From the IMG/VR virus record IMGVR_UViG_3300027141_000003, positions 32,001-96,000 of that record: a stretch of 64,000 nucleotides of DNA; one strand, given 5' to 3'. The notes under the pieces were generated by a model. That model was not told the DNA's origin. It saw only the letters and a program-made list of their open reading frames with translations, and did no database searches. A program made the position numbers and the translations under genes. The stretch is from a virus. Every line of letters begins with the position of its first letter. Position 1 is the first letter of the stretch. Below are positions 9,171 to 18,996 of the stretch, one piece after another.

Positions 9171-12100
9171 TTTATCTCCTTTACCATTAAAGTACCGTCG
9201 TCTAGTTTAGATAAAACTACCTGACATACCATACCCTCACGCATTTTTGCTAGGGCAATTTTATACATACTAGAGAAAACAATAGCTCTAGTTAAATTCT
9301 TATCTTTATCTGACATTACTATATGAGCCATAGTCTTCCCAGCCTTTGTCTTATATGGAGTAAAGTCTACTACGAAGTATTGATTCTCTTCAAGGTCGTA
9401 TTCTTTTCGATACAGGAAGTCTACAAAAGAATCTTTAGACTGCGGATTAATATCTTGAACCTTTACATATCTTGCAATTCTATTATCTCCTACTAATATA
9501 AAATACATTTGATTAGTTTCAATTGGAGTCTGCTCATTATGAAATAGACCAATAGATCCTGTCTCATCTACCAATTCAATTCTTGCCCATCCATTTCCTC
9601 TTTTAATTGACTTTGCCATTCCAAACATTACAAAGGAACCTAAATCATCAAACTCTTCAATTGGTTTTGCTTGCGCTTTAATCCTTGGCGGTATTCCTTC
9701 AAGGTTAAACGTAGGGATACCCAAGTATTCATAGTAAGATTCTTTTTCTTTACCGCTACGTGGATTGTCTTCAAATGCCGCTCCGCCAATTGAATTTAAT
9801 GCAGCAACTGCCCGACTATTAATCCCGCTTCCCTTTGCAGAAGCTTTCTGTATAAAATCGGTGTAACTATCATAAGGCCTTTTGCTTATAATTTTATTTG
9901 CAATGCTATCTGAAATAAACTTTATCTCTGCTAATCCAAACTGAATCCTATCTTCCTTTAAAGAAAAATACAATTCAGACTCATTAATGTGAGGAAGAGA
10001 TACTCTCAGACCCAGTCTTTTTGCTTCAATTAAATATCCCGTTCTAGCATCTTTGTCGTTTTCGTTTTTAAGGATGGAGAACATGAATTCCAGTGGGTAA
10101 TAAGTTTTGAGCCAAGCAGTATAATAAGAAAGCATAGAGTAAGCAACAGCGTGGGAACGATTGAACGAATACCCAGCATGCGCCTCAAATGTGTGCCAAA
10201 GTGTTTCTGCTTGCTTCTTAGAAATATGTTTTGAAGCACCTTCAATAAACCTATCTTTAAACTCATCAAATTCTTTTGCATCCTTTTTCTTTCCAATAAT
10301 TTTACGAACTTTATCAGCTTCTGACCAAGTCATACCTCCCAAGTGTACGCAAGCCTGCATAACCTGTTCCTGATAAATAATAACCCCATATGTATTTTCT
10401 GTAAAAGGCTTCATAATTGGGTGAATAAATTGAACTGCTTCATCTCCGTGCTTACGTTTAATATAAGAGGCGCCTACAGTATTCATGGCTCCAGGTCGAA
10501 CCAATGCGTTAGATGCAGCCAAGTCTTCAAACTTATCTACACCCATCTTAATTAAAAGATTAGTGTAAGGGGTTGCTTCTGCTTGGAATACACCTTTTGT
10601 ATATCCCTCGCTTAAAGTTTTATAAACAGACGGGTCATCTAAAGTAAGCTTTGCAAGATCTATATCTTTACCGTGACGATCTTTAATAGACTTTACAGTA
10701 TCAGAAATTACAGACAAAGTTTTTAATCCCAAAGCATCTAGCTTAATAAGACCAATGTCCGCAATTGTATCCATATCGTATGCCACAACTGGAATTCTTC
10801 CAGAAACCTCATCGTTTGCGTCTGCTCTAGATTCAACTGGAGCATATTTTCTTAAATCATCTTTAGCAACAACTACACCAGCAGCATGCACTCCAACTGA
10901 CCGAATCTTGCCACGTAATCTATCAGCCAACCAAAATACCTCTGGATACTTTGTTCTAAATTCTTTTGTGTTGGGAGAACTTACAAAGTCCTCGAACGTG
11001 TCGATTGATTTTAATGCACGGTTTACTTCTGAAAGTGGAACCATAAACACACGAGCAGCATCTCTAATTCCACCCTTATCTTTGAAATAAGTGTATGTAG
11101 AAATAGAAGCAACAAACTTAAACTTCTTCTTTAAATAATCTTTAACCTCTTTACGACGACGATCTTCAAAGTCGGTATCAATATCTGGGAAGTCATTGCG
11201 CTCAGGGTTAATAAATCGGAAGAAGAGCAAGTCATATTTAATTGGGTCTACGCTTGTAATCCCTAACGAATAGCATACCAGGGAGCCAGCTGCCGAGCCT
11301 CGGCCTGGGCCAACCATAATATTATTTTCTTTTGCCCAGTTAACCATATCGGCTACAACCAAGAAATATGAGGCAAAAGACTTATCTTTAATTATAGATA
11401 ACTCTTCCTGAATTCTGTCATAATAGACCTTGTCTTCTAGCAGACCTAGCCTTTTAAGGCCTTCTAGGGCCATCTCAGACAGTTTCTGGTCGGCATTGGT
11501 CTTAGGGACTGGCAGGAGGTCTAGACCCCTGTTAAAGTCGTATTCCTCAATTTTTTTGGATATATCCATAGTATTTTCATAAATATCTTTTCTAGAAATA
11601 CCAACCAGATTAAAATCATTTTCTATTTCTTCTCTGGATTGAACCCACAAATTCTGTCCCTCAAAGGTCATTTTCCTATCAGGATATAAATAATTTAATC
11701 TTTCTTTTATGTCTTTAATTTCTTTAGACATTTCAAAATCTGCATCCTTGCTAGATTTAGGAGAGGTGGATAAGACTAACATTGCTTCTACAAGAACTTT
11801 GTCTTCTTCGTGGGCAAAGTGGCAGTCCCCAGTTGCTGCTGGTTTAATATTTAATTTATCTGCTAACTCTAATAGTTTTGCATTTAGCTCTGGTGGATTA
11901 TGAGCTTGAACTTCTATATAAAAATCATTGCCAAAAACTTCTTTAAACTTTGTAAATACAGATTCTGCTTCTTCAAAATTATTTTTTTCAATTAGCTTAG
12001 ACATTAATCCGTTCATGCACCCAGACAAGGCTATCACGCCTTCGCTATATTTAAATAAAATCTCTCTATCAATTCTAGGCTTGTGGTAAAACCCTTCGTT

Positions 12101-12436
12101 CCAAGCCAACTCTTGAAGTATTCCAATATTCTCTAAGCCCTTTTTATTTTTGGCTAGTAAAGTAATGTGGTTATAGTTTTGAATTGTTTTATCTGTTTTA
12201 GAGGATCTATCAAATCTGTCTGTTGGAGAAATGTAAGCTTCTACTCCAAGGATCGGTTTGATTCCATTTTCTTTGCAGGCAACTTGAAATTCTCTATGTG
12301 AGGATAAGGTTCCGTGGTCCGTGATTGCCATTGCAACCTGCCCAGATTTTTTTGCTGCTGCCACTAGGTCGGCAGGAGAATTAAGGCCATCCATTAATGA
12401 ATAGTATGAATGCACATGAAGATGTGTGAATGACAT
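9167..12436 (-). CDS. dnaE: DNA polymerase III alpha subunit (DnaE-like, family C)
   Basis: PHP domain HLHVHSYYSLMDG and AITDHG, plus GRGSAAGSLV, PDIDTDF, HAAGVVV, YQEQVM and YSFNRSHAVAY. No intein visible. Confidence 0.95.
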   Translation of the reverse strand: MSFTHLHVHSYYSLMDGLNSPADLVAAAKKSGQVAMAITDHGTLSSHREFQVACKENGIKPILGVEAYISPTDRFDRSSKTDKTIQNYNHITLLAKNKKGLENIGILQELAWNEGFYHKPRIDREILFKYSEGVIALSGCMNGLMSKLIEKNNFEEAESVFTKFKEVFGNDFYIEVQAHNPPELNAKLLELADKLNIKPAATGDCHFAHEEDKVLVEAMLVLSTSPKSSKDADFEMSKEIKDIKERLNYLYPDRKMTFEGQNLWVQSREEIENDFNLVGISRKDIYENTMDISKKIEEYDFNRGLDLLPVPKTNADQKLSEMALEGLKRLGLLEDKVYYDRIQEELSIIKDKSFASYFLVVADMVNWAKENNIMVGPGRGSAAGSLVCYSLGITSVDPIKYDLLFFRFINPERNDFPDIDTDFEDRRRKEVKDYLKKKFKFVASISTYTYFKDKGGIRDAARVFMVPLSEVNRALKSIDTFEDFVSSPNTKEFRTKYPEVFWLADRLRGKIRSVGVHAAGVVVAKDDLRKYAPVESRADANDEVSGRIPVVAYDMDTIADIGLIKLDALGLKTLSVISDTVKSIKDRHGKDIDLAKLTLDDPSVYKTLSEGYTKGVFQAEATPYTNLLIKMGVDKFEDLAASNALVRPGAMNTVGASYIKRKHGDEAVQFIHPIMKPFTENTYGVIIYQEQVMQACVHLGGMTWSEADKVRKIIGKKKDAKEFDEFKDRFIEGASKHISKKQAETLWHTFEAHAGYSFNRSHAVAYSMLSYYTAWLKTYYPLEFMFSILKNENDKDARTGYLIEAKRLGLRVSLPHINESELYFSLKEDRIQFGLAEIKFISDSIANKIISKRPYDSYTDFIQKASAKGSGINSRAVAALNSIGGAAFEDNPRSGKEKESYYEYLGIPTFNLEGIPPRIKAQAKPIEEFDDLGSFVMFGMAKSIKRGNGWARIELVDETGSIGLFHNEQTPIETNQMYFILVGDNRIARYVKVQDINPQSKDSFVDFLYRKEYDLEENQYFVVDFTPYKTKAGKTMAHIVMSDKDKNLTRAIVFSSMYKIALAKMREGMVCQVVLSKLDDGTLMVKEIK

Positions 12437-12460
12437 TAATTCTCCGCCTTTAACCTTGTG

Positions 12461-13132
12461 TTACCAGTCTACGCTGCTACTTGAAGCAGAAGACTCTTCT
12501 TGCTGTCCACCTTCGCCCATATAGAAGCCTTCTTGTTCCGCATATGTAACGTGACGCACTGCTGTTTTTTCTAGGTCATACAATTCTAGCGAAGTGAAAT
12601 CAAATGGGGTTTCGTCTTTTGCTAATGGAATAATTGTATAACTTGTGTCTGTCTTTGAACCATTGCGCTTAATTCTCCACATCAGGTTAGTGATGCTTCC
12701 CATCTCGCCAGCGTATTCAATTAGGGTAGGAGTAATTGTTTTACCGCTAGTACCTTGTGAAAGAATTGCAACATATGGCTCTTCTTTACCATCGTCTACT
12801 AAGACGTTGATATATAGGCGGGTCCTGGCTTTCCAGCCAGCCTTTGGATCCTTGCGATGCTGTTCATTAGCCCAGTCACGTCCTTCTGTTTCCATTGTGT
12901 CTAGAGCCTTGCGACGATAATCTTTTGGATTCGTGTGCTCTAACGCAATAAAACCGCAACCTAGCTTGTCGTTGTATGTTGGTGAATCTGGATCAAGTTC
13001 TTGCAAGAACCTAATCTTTACGCTTTCGCCGTCTTCAATCTTTAGCCAACGGCCTTTGTTTTCGTCCCCACCACTGTAGGTAGGCTTATCTAGTGCCTTG
13101 TTTAGGTCTTTTAGACCCTTTACTATACTCAT
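12461..13132 (-). CDS. Single-stranded DNA-binding protein (gp32-like)
   Basis: WLKIEDGESVKIRF, RLYINVLV, IKRNG..TDTSY and an acidic/Ser C-terminal tail ending DW. Lies between primase and polymerase. Confidence 0.7.
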   Translation of the reverse strand: MSIVKGLKDLNKALDKPTYSGGDENKGRWLKIEDGESVKIRFLQELDPDSPTYNDKLGCGFIALEHTNPKDYRRKALDTMETEGRDWANEQHRKDPKAGWKARTRLYINVLVDDGKEEPYVAILSQGTSGKTITPTLIEYAGEMGSITNLMWRIKRNGSKTDTSYTIIPLAKDETPFDFTSLELYDLEKTAVRHVTYAEQEGFYMGEGGQQEESSASSSSVDW

Positions 13133-13142
13133 ATATTTCTCC

Positions 13143-13183
13143 TTTATAGTTGATGGTATAAATCCATCTGTATTTTTATTATA
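13143..13183 (-). promoter_or_regulatory. Extended -10 promoter plus putative H-type pseudoknot in the SSB mRNA leader
   Basis: Minus strand reads TGA-TATAAT-aaaaata-ca-GATGG-A-TTTATA-CCATC-AAC-TATAAA-GGAG-aaatat-ATG. Confidence 0.5.
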
Positions 13184-14182
13184 TCACGAGTTCCAAGATC
13201 TGTATTCCATATCGGGTACAGAATTTTTAATGCATGCCTTAATTTCTTCGTCCGTTAAATCACCAGCATCTTTTGCATCATGTGGATATATCTTACCATA
13301 TTCACACGAAGCCCACAAGAGGTCCTTGAACTTTAATTTAGTAACAATACTTTTGCCTAGGTCTCTTCCAGCCTGATCGGCATCAGTCATAACAGTTATC
13401 TTGTTAAAGTGTCTGTTTAGTAGGCTGTGCTGTTCCTTAGAAAGAAATCCTCCTAGGGTAGCCACTACATTAGGAAACCCAGCTTGATGGACACGAATTG
13501 CATCAAAGCTAGACTCTACCACTATTACGTGGTCACCAATTTTCTTGGCACGATGAATGTTGAATAACGTCTTGCTCTTAGGTAAGTTTGTACTGTTCTT
13601 AAAAGACTTACCCTCAATTGATCTTCCAACTATTCCTATTGCCATTCCGTCAGGGCTATGTACTGGAACAGTAACCATATTCATATTACTAGAATATCCA
13701 AGACCGAAATCAATTATTGATTGTTGATTTATTCCCCTAGAAAGAAAGTATTCTTTACCAGGGCTTGTTGTAATTAAATCAGTATATAGTTTTTTTAAAG
13801 TCTCTTCTGAAAACTCTTTAAACAATGGCTTGTCTTCCATTGCTTCTGAAAGCATTTCATCAAAGTTTTCTAGTGACTCTGCCTCTTTTGAAGATATAAA
13901 CCTCATAGCCTGAAAATCATTTTTGTTTAGTACTCGCTTAACAAGTTCTTGTAGGGTTCCAGCTTCCCCGCAAGATGGGTTAAAGCATATGAATGCACCC
14001 TTCTCACGGCTAACGCTAAAGCTTGAAGTATGTCTGTTAGAGTGAAATGGGCAGTAGCATAGAAAGTCATTACCAGTTTCGCCAACTAACTCAAGACCTA
14101 TAGATCTTAGGATAGATTTAATATGGTTTGGCGTGTAGTGCGTGGTATCGACTTCCCTTGCGTTATACCCTCTGATTGCCAT
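13184..14182 (-). CDS. DNA primase (CHC2 Zn finger + TOPRIM)
   Basis: CPFHSNRHTSSF..CFNPSC, VVESSFDA and MTDADQAG. Likely start MAIRG at 14182 (track start 14233). Confidence 0.9.
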   Translation of the reverse strand: MAIRGYNAREVDTTHYTPNHIKSILRSIGLELVGETGNDFLCYCPFHSNRHTSSFSVSREKGAFICFNPSCGEAGTLQELVKRVLNKNDFQAMRFISSKEAESLENFDEMLSEAMEDKPLFKEFSEETLKKLYTDLITTSPGKEYFLSRGINQQSIIDFGLGYSSNMNMVTVPVHSPDGMAIGIVGRSIEGKSFKNSTNLPKSKTLFNIHRAKKIGDHVIVVESSFDAIRVHQAGFPNVVATLGGFLSKEQHSLLNRHFNKITVMTDADQAGRDLGKSIVTKLKFKDLLWASCEYGKIYPHDAKDAGDLTDEEIKACIKNSVPDMEYRSWNS

Positions 14183-14409
14183 GCCTTCTTCTTTCCCACA
14201 TATACTCCGTGAATGCTCATTAAGAACTTCCACGTCTCGCCAGTAAATTCTACCGAAAATGCTGGATCTATGTCAAGCACTCTTACGTATCCTTTACCCC
14301 TCATATCCTGAACCAAAAGGTTTTCGTACTGAGGCCTTAAACTTATTAGCTGAGAGTTGTCATGAAACTCTACATCTATTTGAAATCTTTTAATTCTTCG
14401 ATGCGTCAT
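14107..14409 (-). CDS. Hypothetical protein
   Basis: ORF between helicase and primase, overlapping both. Confidence 0.55.
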   Translation of the reverse strand: MTHRRIKRFQIDVEFHDNSQLISLRPQYENLLVQDMRGKGYVRVLDIDPAFSVEFTGETWKFLMSIHGVYVGKKKAWQSEGITQGKSIPRTTRQTILNLS

Positions 14410-15634
14410 TTGCAAATGGGTTCTCGTAAATTTCTTTGATAATACCTCTGTTAATTTCCCAATCTAAAAAGACATTGAAATCCATTCCGTGACGATTCTT
14501 TCTGCTAACAACCTCAATCATATTGGTATCAGTGTACTTGTGAATAGCAATAGCCATATCTGCATCATACTCAATAGCCTTAGACCAAGCAACTTGGCTA
14601 AGCATAGGTGGTGCATCTTGGTCTGTAATATCATCCATAGTTGCTGCAGTGATATCAATAACTGGAATATTGTTTGTCATAGCAAGCATTTTAAATTCAC
14701 GAGATACGTTCATGTTACGCTCTGTTGCACCTGAACTCCGCTTATTATCAGAAAACAATTGGTGATAATCTAAAATAACTAAGTCTGGTTTATGCTGATC
14801 TATCTTAGACTGAATAGTATTAGCGTTAACTTCTCCCATACCTTCATTAGATACCAGAATGAATCCGTTTTTATTCTCAAATCTCTTCTGACCCCATGAA
14901 CGGAATGTGTCTACATTTACGTCACCTCTTGCAAAGTCTGAAGCACGAAATAATCCTGAGCCCATCATTGTATAAATACGATCACGCATATTTTCTGGAG
15001 ACATTTCAAGGGATACAATCATAGGCTTAAAGCCCTGCTCCCACGCCTTACAAGCAAGGTAGGATGTAAACCATGTCTTACCACGTCCTGGCCAGCCAAT
15101 AGCCACTATGAGGTGCCCTGGAGCCATACCAGTAGGATACGCTTTGTCTATAGCATCAAAGCCTGTAAGAATTCCTGGAGCCCCTCCCATAATTACTGAG
15201 CGCTCCTTGACTGCTAGGAAATGTTTTTCTGCTAACTCAATGTCTGTTACGTCTACGTCACGAACATGATTTGTAAACTTAGAAAGCTGAGACAACTTAG
15301 CCTGAAGATCTCCCAATACTCTAGAGGCTGCATCTTCTTTTAAAGCAGAGCCACTCTGAATAATAATATTTTTTAGTCTGCCAGTTAGGTATTCATTCTT
15401 TAGTTTATCTAAATAATAGCCAGTCTCTGCTTTTGTTTCTACTGGCTCAAAGTCCTTGAATCTTTCCATAAGGATTCCAGCTTCTGGAACTGCCTTGAAC
15501 TTATAATAATAAGACTTTAATGAATCCCAGATATCTTTATGTGAAGTAAATATCTCATCTACATTGTCTGCAAGCAGGGTGCTGATGTCTTTATTCTTAC
15601 ATACTGCTGAGATTAACTCGGCTTCTGTATTCAT
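14390..15634 (-). CDS. DnaB-like replicative helicase
   Basis: Walker A GWPGRGKT, SLEM, VILDYHQL, IEYDAD and KNRHG. Confidence 0.9.
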   Translation of the reverse strand: MNTEAELISAVCKNKDISTLLADNVDEIFTSHKDIWDSLKSYYYKFKAVPEAGILMERFKDFEPVETKAETGYYLDKLKNEYLTGRLKNIIIQSGSALKEDAASRVLGDLQAKLSQLSKFTNHVRDVDVTDIELAEKHFLAVKERSVIMGGAPGILTGFDAIDKAYPTGMAPGHLIVAIGWPGRGKTWFTSYLACKAWEQGFKPMIVSLEMSPENMRDRIYTMMGSGLFRASDFARGDVNVDTFRSWGQKRFENKNGFILVSNEGMGEVNANTIQSKIDQHKPDLVILDYHQLFSDNKRSSGATERNMNVSREFKMLAMTNNIPVIDITAATMDDITDQDAPPMLSQVAWSKAIEYDADMAIAIHKYTDTNMIEVVSRKNRHGMDFNVFLDWEINRGIIKEIYENPFANDASKN

Positions 15635-15951
15635 TCATTCCCGCCTTCAACTAGTTCTTTCGTTGCCTGTAGTAGCAATTTACGATGCATTGCATCTTTT
15701 TCTCGTTCTGTTTTTAAATAGTCTAGCTTATCAAAGTTATAAAAGAAGAAACTAAGAGGGTGGCCTGACTTGGTTGTCTTGAAGTAGTATACCAAAAGTT
15801 CCTTTGCTTTGTCCATACCAACGCTATCTATAACATCTTGCATTGCCCACTTTTCACGAAATTTATTTATCCTAGGCTTTTTATTATATCTTTCAAGATA
15901 GAGGTTCTCGTATAGTCCAATTAGAACATATGGCAGTTTTTCATTTGCCAC
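15631..15951 (-). CDS. Hypothetical protein
   Basis: 106-aa ORF coupled to the helicase. Confidence 0.6.
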   Translation of the reverse strand: MANEKLPYVLIGLYENLYLERYNKKPRINKFREKWAMQDVIDSVGMDKAKELLVYYFKTTKSGHPLSFFFYNFDKLDYLKTEREKDAMHRKLLLQATKELVEGGNE

Positions 15952-16147
15952 TGCTTAGCTCTTTCTCTACTTCACGAGTCTTCTCTATTAATTTATTTTC
16001 TACAAACGCATACACTCTCTCTGTAGCAGAGTCTACGTTCTCTCCACTACGGACATCATCTTCTACGCCTATGTTTATTCTAATGCTCTCGTAGTTTCCT
16101 AGATTGCGTGTGAATGACAAATCCACCTTTACTCTTGTTTCTGACAT
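15941..16147 (-). CDS. Hypothetical protein
   Basis: MSETRVKVDLSFTRNLGNYESIRI. Start at 16147 overlaps the upstream stop. Confidence 0.6.
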   Translation of the reverse strand: MSETRVKVDLSFTRNLGNYESIRINIGVEDDVRSGENVDSATERVYAFVENKLIEKTREVEKELSSGK

Positions 16148-16629
16148 TACTCCGCCTTCCATACAGGTACAAATTTTCCGTCTTCTGTCTTAGTATACAT
16201 TATTAAATTGTGTTTGAGAAGAGCCTGCAATTCTGATCTTGAAGGCAGGTCCCTAATATGACCTGCATCAATAATAAACTCATGAATGTCCAGAATGTCC
16301 GATTCGCTAAGCATATACTTAGACCAAGCACTTTCTGGATTACTAATTGGATATACTTTTTGGGGCTGCTTGATTTTGCCCTGCAAAATATATTCCTCTA
16401 TAGTCACCTTATGCCTTCCTAAAATTTTGCCAACTTCTGTTATGGTGTATGCCTTCTCCATATTTTTATCTACTTGAGAATAGGAATACATCATTCTTTT
16501 TTTATCTAAATAGGACCATGCTACAACTTCGTCTTTAGCCCTAGATAGCCTTAGCACCTTATGGATTTTACCATTTAAGAAGAAATAGACGAATCTTTTG
16601 CGTAGTCTTTGTCTGTTTTCTCTAGCCAT
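16147..16629 (-). CDS. HTH DNA-binding protein (MerR/excisionase-like)
   Basis: YTITEVGKILGRHKVTIEEYILQGKI winged-HTH pattern. Confidence 0.65.
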   Translation of the reverse strand: MARENRQRLRKRFVYFFLNGKIHKVLRLSRAKDEVVAWSYLDKKRMMYSYSQVDKNMEKAYTITEVGKILGRHKVTIEEYILQGKIKQPQKVYPISNPESAWSKYMLSESDILDIHEFIIDAGHIRDLPSRSELQALLKHNLIMYTKTEDGKFVPVWKAE

Positions 16630-16763
16630 TTTCCGAAGGCACTCGTTTCTTTATTGATCATCCATCGCTTACCGCAAAGAATGCAAAACAACTCTGTGTG
16701 CAGCTTTTGAGAAAATACTCTATCTACAAAAACCCTACCTGAACATTTTTGGCATTTCATCAT
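16575..16763 (-). CDS. Small Zn-ribbon protein
   Basis: CQKC...CILC. Confidence 0.6.
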   Translation of the reverse strand: MMKCQKCSGRVFVDRVFSQKLHTELFCILCGKRWMINKETSAFGKWLEKTDKDYAKDSSISS

Positions 16764-17560
16764 AGCGAGAATGTTTTTCCATCTACAACGCATGAGTAGT
16801 CTGGAGCAATGTGGATCATTTGAATGTGTGGATAATCATTTACGATGTGAGCCACAGCAAAACCTTTTTGCCAGTCGTGGTGCTGAGTATATTTCATACC
16901 TGGCCCCTTTTCGTCACACATGTGACCAATCTCATATCCACGAAGGGTTTCTCCTTCGCCATCGTTTCTTAATTCATATGTTACCATATGTGAAGCAATT
17001 CTATGTGAGTGTCCTCTGATTAAAGATACTTGTAGGTCTTCCATATCTTTTCTGACTGACCCAGTTGCCGATATCGAAATTCCGTGGTGTACGTGCACAT
17101 CGCCAAAGCGACGTTTTGGTAAAGAGTCATAATAGATATAATCATAACCTAAAGAATCTAAACTCCATAGTGCCTCTGGTGTTACCTCAGAAATGTAATC
17201 TGGAAGCTTTGCATCAACGTAATTAAATACTCTAATGTCGTGGTTTCCTAGTGCTGAGAACAGCTGTGCATCTGGCAACATCTCTCTTGTTTTAGCATAA
17301 AAATCTCTTGCACCCTTTGCCTCGTGGCGCATCATCGGAACAATTAGATCTTTGCTATCATTTTTATGATAGTTTAAAAACTCAGCTGATCGTCCCTCAG
17401 TATATTTGCTGTAACATGCTTGATCGTCTGTATCGCCAAGGTAATCAACTACGTCTGGCTTAAACCATTTCATTACCTTAAACCACAGGGCAATCATCTT
17501 ATCGTCTTGATACGGAAATTGCTGATCAGATGACAGCATCCATTTTAAATCGTTTGTCAT
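16760..17560 (-). CDS. Calcineurin-like metallophosphoesterase
   Basis: SDQQ (variant of DxH), LGDTDD, GNHD, HHG and GHSH motifs. Confidence 0.85.
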   Translation of the reverse strand: MTNDLKWMLSSDQQFPYQDDKMIALWFKVMKWFKPDVVDYLGDTDDQACYSKYTEGRSAEFLNYHKNDSKDLIVPMMRHEAKGARDFYAKTREMLPDAQLFSALGNHDIRVFNYVDAKLPDYISEVTPEALWSLDSLGYDYIYYDSLPKRRFGDVHVHHGISISATGSVRKDMEDLQVSLIRGHSHRIASHMVTYELRNDGEGETLRGYEIGHMCDEKGPGMKYTQHHDWQKGFAVAHIVNDYPHIQMIHIAPDYSCVVDGKTFSL

Positions 17561-17614
17561 TAATGTCCCTGCGTAAAGATAGGGCCACAGAATTGTGGCC
17601 TTAATATTATCTAA

Positions 17615-17642
17615 ATTGTAGCATATTGAGCTACGGTGTCAA
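17615..17642 (-). promoter_or_regulatory. SigA-type promoter of the replication module (TTGACA-N16-TACAAT, TGn extension)
   Basis: Near-consensus hexamers in the intergenic gap, followed by the hairpin GGCCACA-attc-TGTGGCC (17583-17600). Confidence 0.65.
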
Positions 17643-17646
17643 GAGT

Positions 17647-18060
17647 TTAGCTATATACTGCTACGAAATAAACTCTTCCCTTGCCAGCCTTACCTGTAGC
17701 AGGACACTTCACTCTGCATTTAGCAGAGGTTGCATCCATAGATCTTACCTGTGGCATATAAATTAAAGCATCATTGCTGCTAGTGTACACTTGACCAAAG
17801 GCAATTGCTGTTGGCTTTACCCCAAGATTGTGTTCAATTGTAAAGTCAACATATGTCCCTGGTGTAAAAGTTATTTGATCAGAAGATCCTCCAAAAAACT
17901 TTGCAACTCTGGCATCTGCGCCTGTTTTTGGAGCAAGATTTATAGTTGAGCCAGCAGATGCACCTTGTAGGGCAATAGATTCAACCTTTGCAAGTCTCTC
18001 CAGCAACTGCTGTAGTGATGCTGCATCAATTGGGTCGCCGTCATTAAATGTACTAGCCAT
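17647..18060 (-). CDS. Hypothetical virion protein (H-type-lectin/gp53-like C-terminus)
   Basis: Last gene of the tail module. Beta-rich C-terminus EHNLGVKPTAI...VYFVAV. Confidence 0.45.
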   Translation of the reverse strand: MASTFNDGDPIDAASLQQLLERLAKVESIALQGASAGSTINLAPKTGADARVAKFFGGSSDQITFTPGTYVDFTIEHNLGVKPTAIAFGQVYTSSNDALIYMPQVRSMDATSAKCRVKCPATGKAGKGRVYFVAVYS

Positions 18061-18458
18061 TATAAATTTTCTCCTAAATCGTGTGCTGCAATTTCTTTAT
18101 CAGACACTTCTATTACCTTAGATCTATCTAAACCATACAGCCCAAACGAGTCTGGACTAACTATATGCCTTAACTTATTCTGTGATACTAAATACATTTT
18201 ACCATCTGCCAGGTTTTTTATCAAGGATCCATCTCTGAATCCAAGCTTTCCTACCAGCTTAATTCCTGATAATGCTGCTTCAGTTGCCAATACAGTAGTA
18301 AAGCTCCAAGACTCAGCGGCCCTATTAGAAATTAATTTATACCTTTTGCCGTCTTTGATCCAGTAGGTATCTTTGTCTGTTTTTACAGCAATACCTGAAG
18401 GGAAATTAGTCGGCTGTGATATCGTTAAGATGCTCTGAGTAGTCTTGAATAGCCGCAC
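18060..18458 (-). CDS. Hypothetical protein with a duplicated beta-rich domain
   Basis: Two related units, PSGIAVKT..TYWIKDGKRYKL and RDGSLIKN..KMYLVSQNKLRHI. Probable GTG start at 18458 (track start 18536). Confidence 0.55.
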   Translation of the reverse strand: MRLFKTTQSILTISQPTNFPSGIAVKTDKDTYWIKDGKRYKLISNRAAESWSFTTVLATEAALSGIKLVGKLGFRDGSLIKNLADGKMYLVSQNKLRHIVSPDSFGLYGLDRSKVIEVSDKEIAAHDLGENL

Positions 18459-18591
18459 TCTTTGCCTCTTTCTCTTCCACAAGTTGGGTAATTTCTGCTC
18501 GAAAAACTGCAATCTGCGTTTCATAGTTAGAGACAATTTCTCCTATACGTTGCTGTAATGCAGTGATAATTAGTTCTGCTTTTTCTGCCAC
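18406..18591 (-). CDS. Small coiled-coil protein
   Basis: 61-aa ORF with a heptad-like pattern. Confidence 0.55.
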   Translation of the reverse strand: MAEKAELIITALQQRIGEIVSNYETQIAVFRAEITQLVEEKEAKSAAIQDYSEHLNDITAD

Positions 18592-18602
18592 TTATATTCC
18601 TA

Positions 18603-18815
18603 CTATTCTAGTGTTGCTGCTTCTGATTCCAGAGCAGTTCTTTTTGCCGTTAAAGCATTCATTCTAGTATTAAGCGTTGCAACAGAATCTGAATTTACTG
18701 GTGATTCAGCATTTGCTTCAATTAGATCTAGTTCTAGATTATATGCTTGATAATCAATACTCTTAATGTGTTGATCTATAAGGTTTAACTTATCTGCGTT
18801 TGTTAATAATGTCAT
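18603..18815 (-). CDS. Small coiled-coil protein
   Basis: 70 aa, strong AAGGAGG RBS, upstream TTGACT-N16-TATAAT promoter. Confidence 0.6.
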   Translation of the reverse strand: MTLLTNADKLNLIDQHIKSIDYQAYNLELDLIEANAESPVNSDSVATLNTRMNALTAKRTALESEAATLE

Positions 18816-18833
18816 TTTATTCCTCCTTTCATA

Positions 18834-18995
18834 TTATAGCATTTCAAGCATATTAGTCAATGCTTGAATTTTAGCCTGAAGGTCTTCTAAGGACTCTCCA
18901 GAATCTTCTTCCGTCCCTATTAAATTAATTCTTCCCTTTAAGGATTTAATTTTAGAATTAATTAGGTACTCCTTGTGTATTTTTTCTAGATTCAT
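18834..18995 (-). CDS. Small coiled-coil protein
   Basis: Likely start MNLEK at 18995. Similar layout to 18603..18815. Confidence 0.5.
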   Translation of the reverse strand: MNLEKIHKEYLINSKIKSLKGRINLIGTEEDSGESLEDLQAKIQALTNMLEML

Positions 18996-18996
18996 C

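Noticed and set aside
9167-15634. Inteins or introns in DnaE, primase or helicase
   Set aside because: Lengths and motif spacing are continuous, with no Hint or LAGLIDADG blocks.
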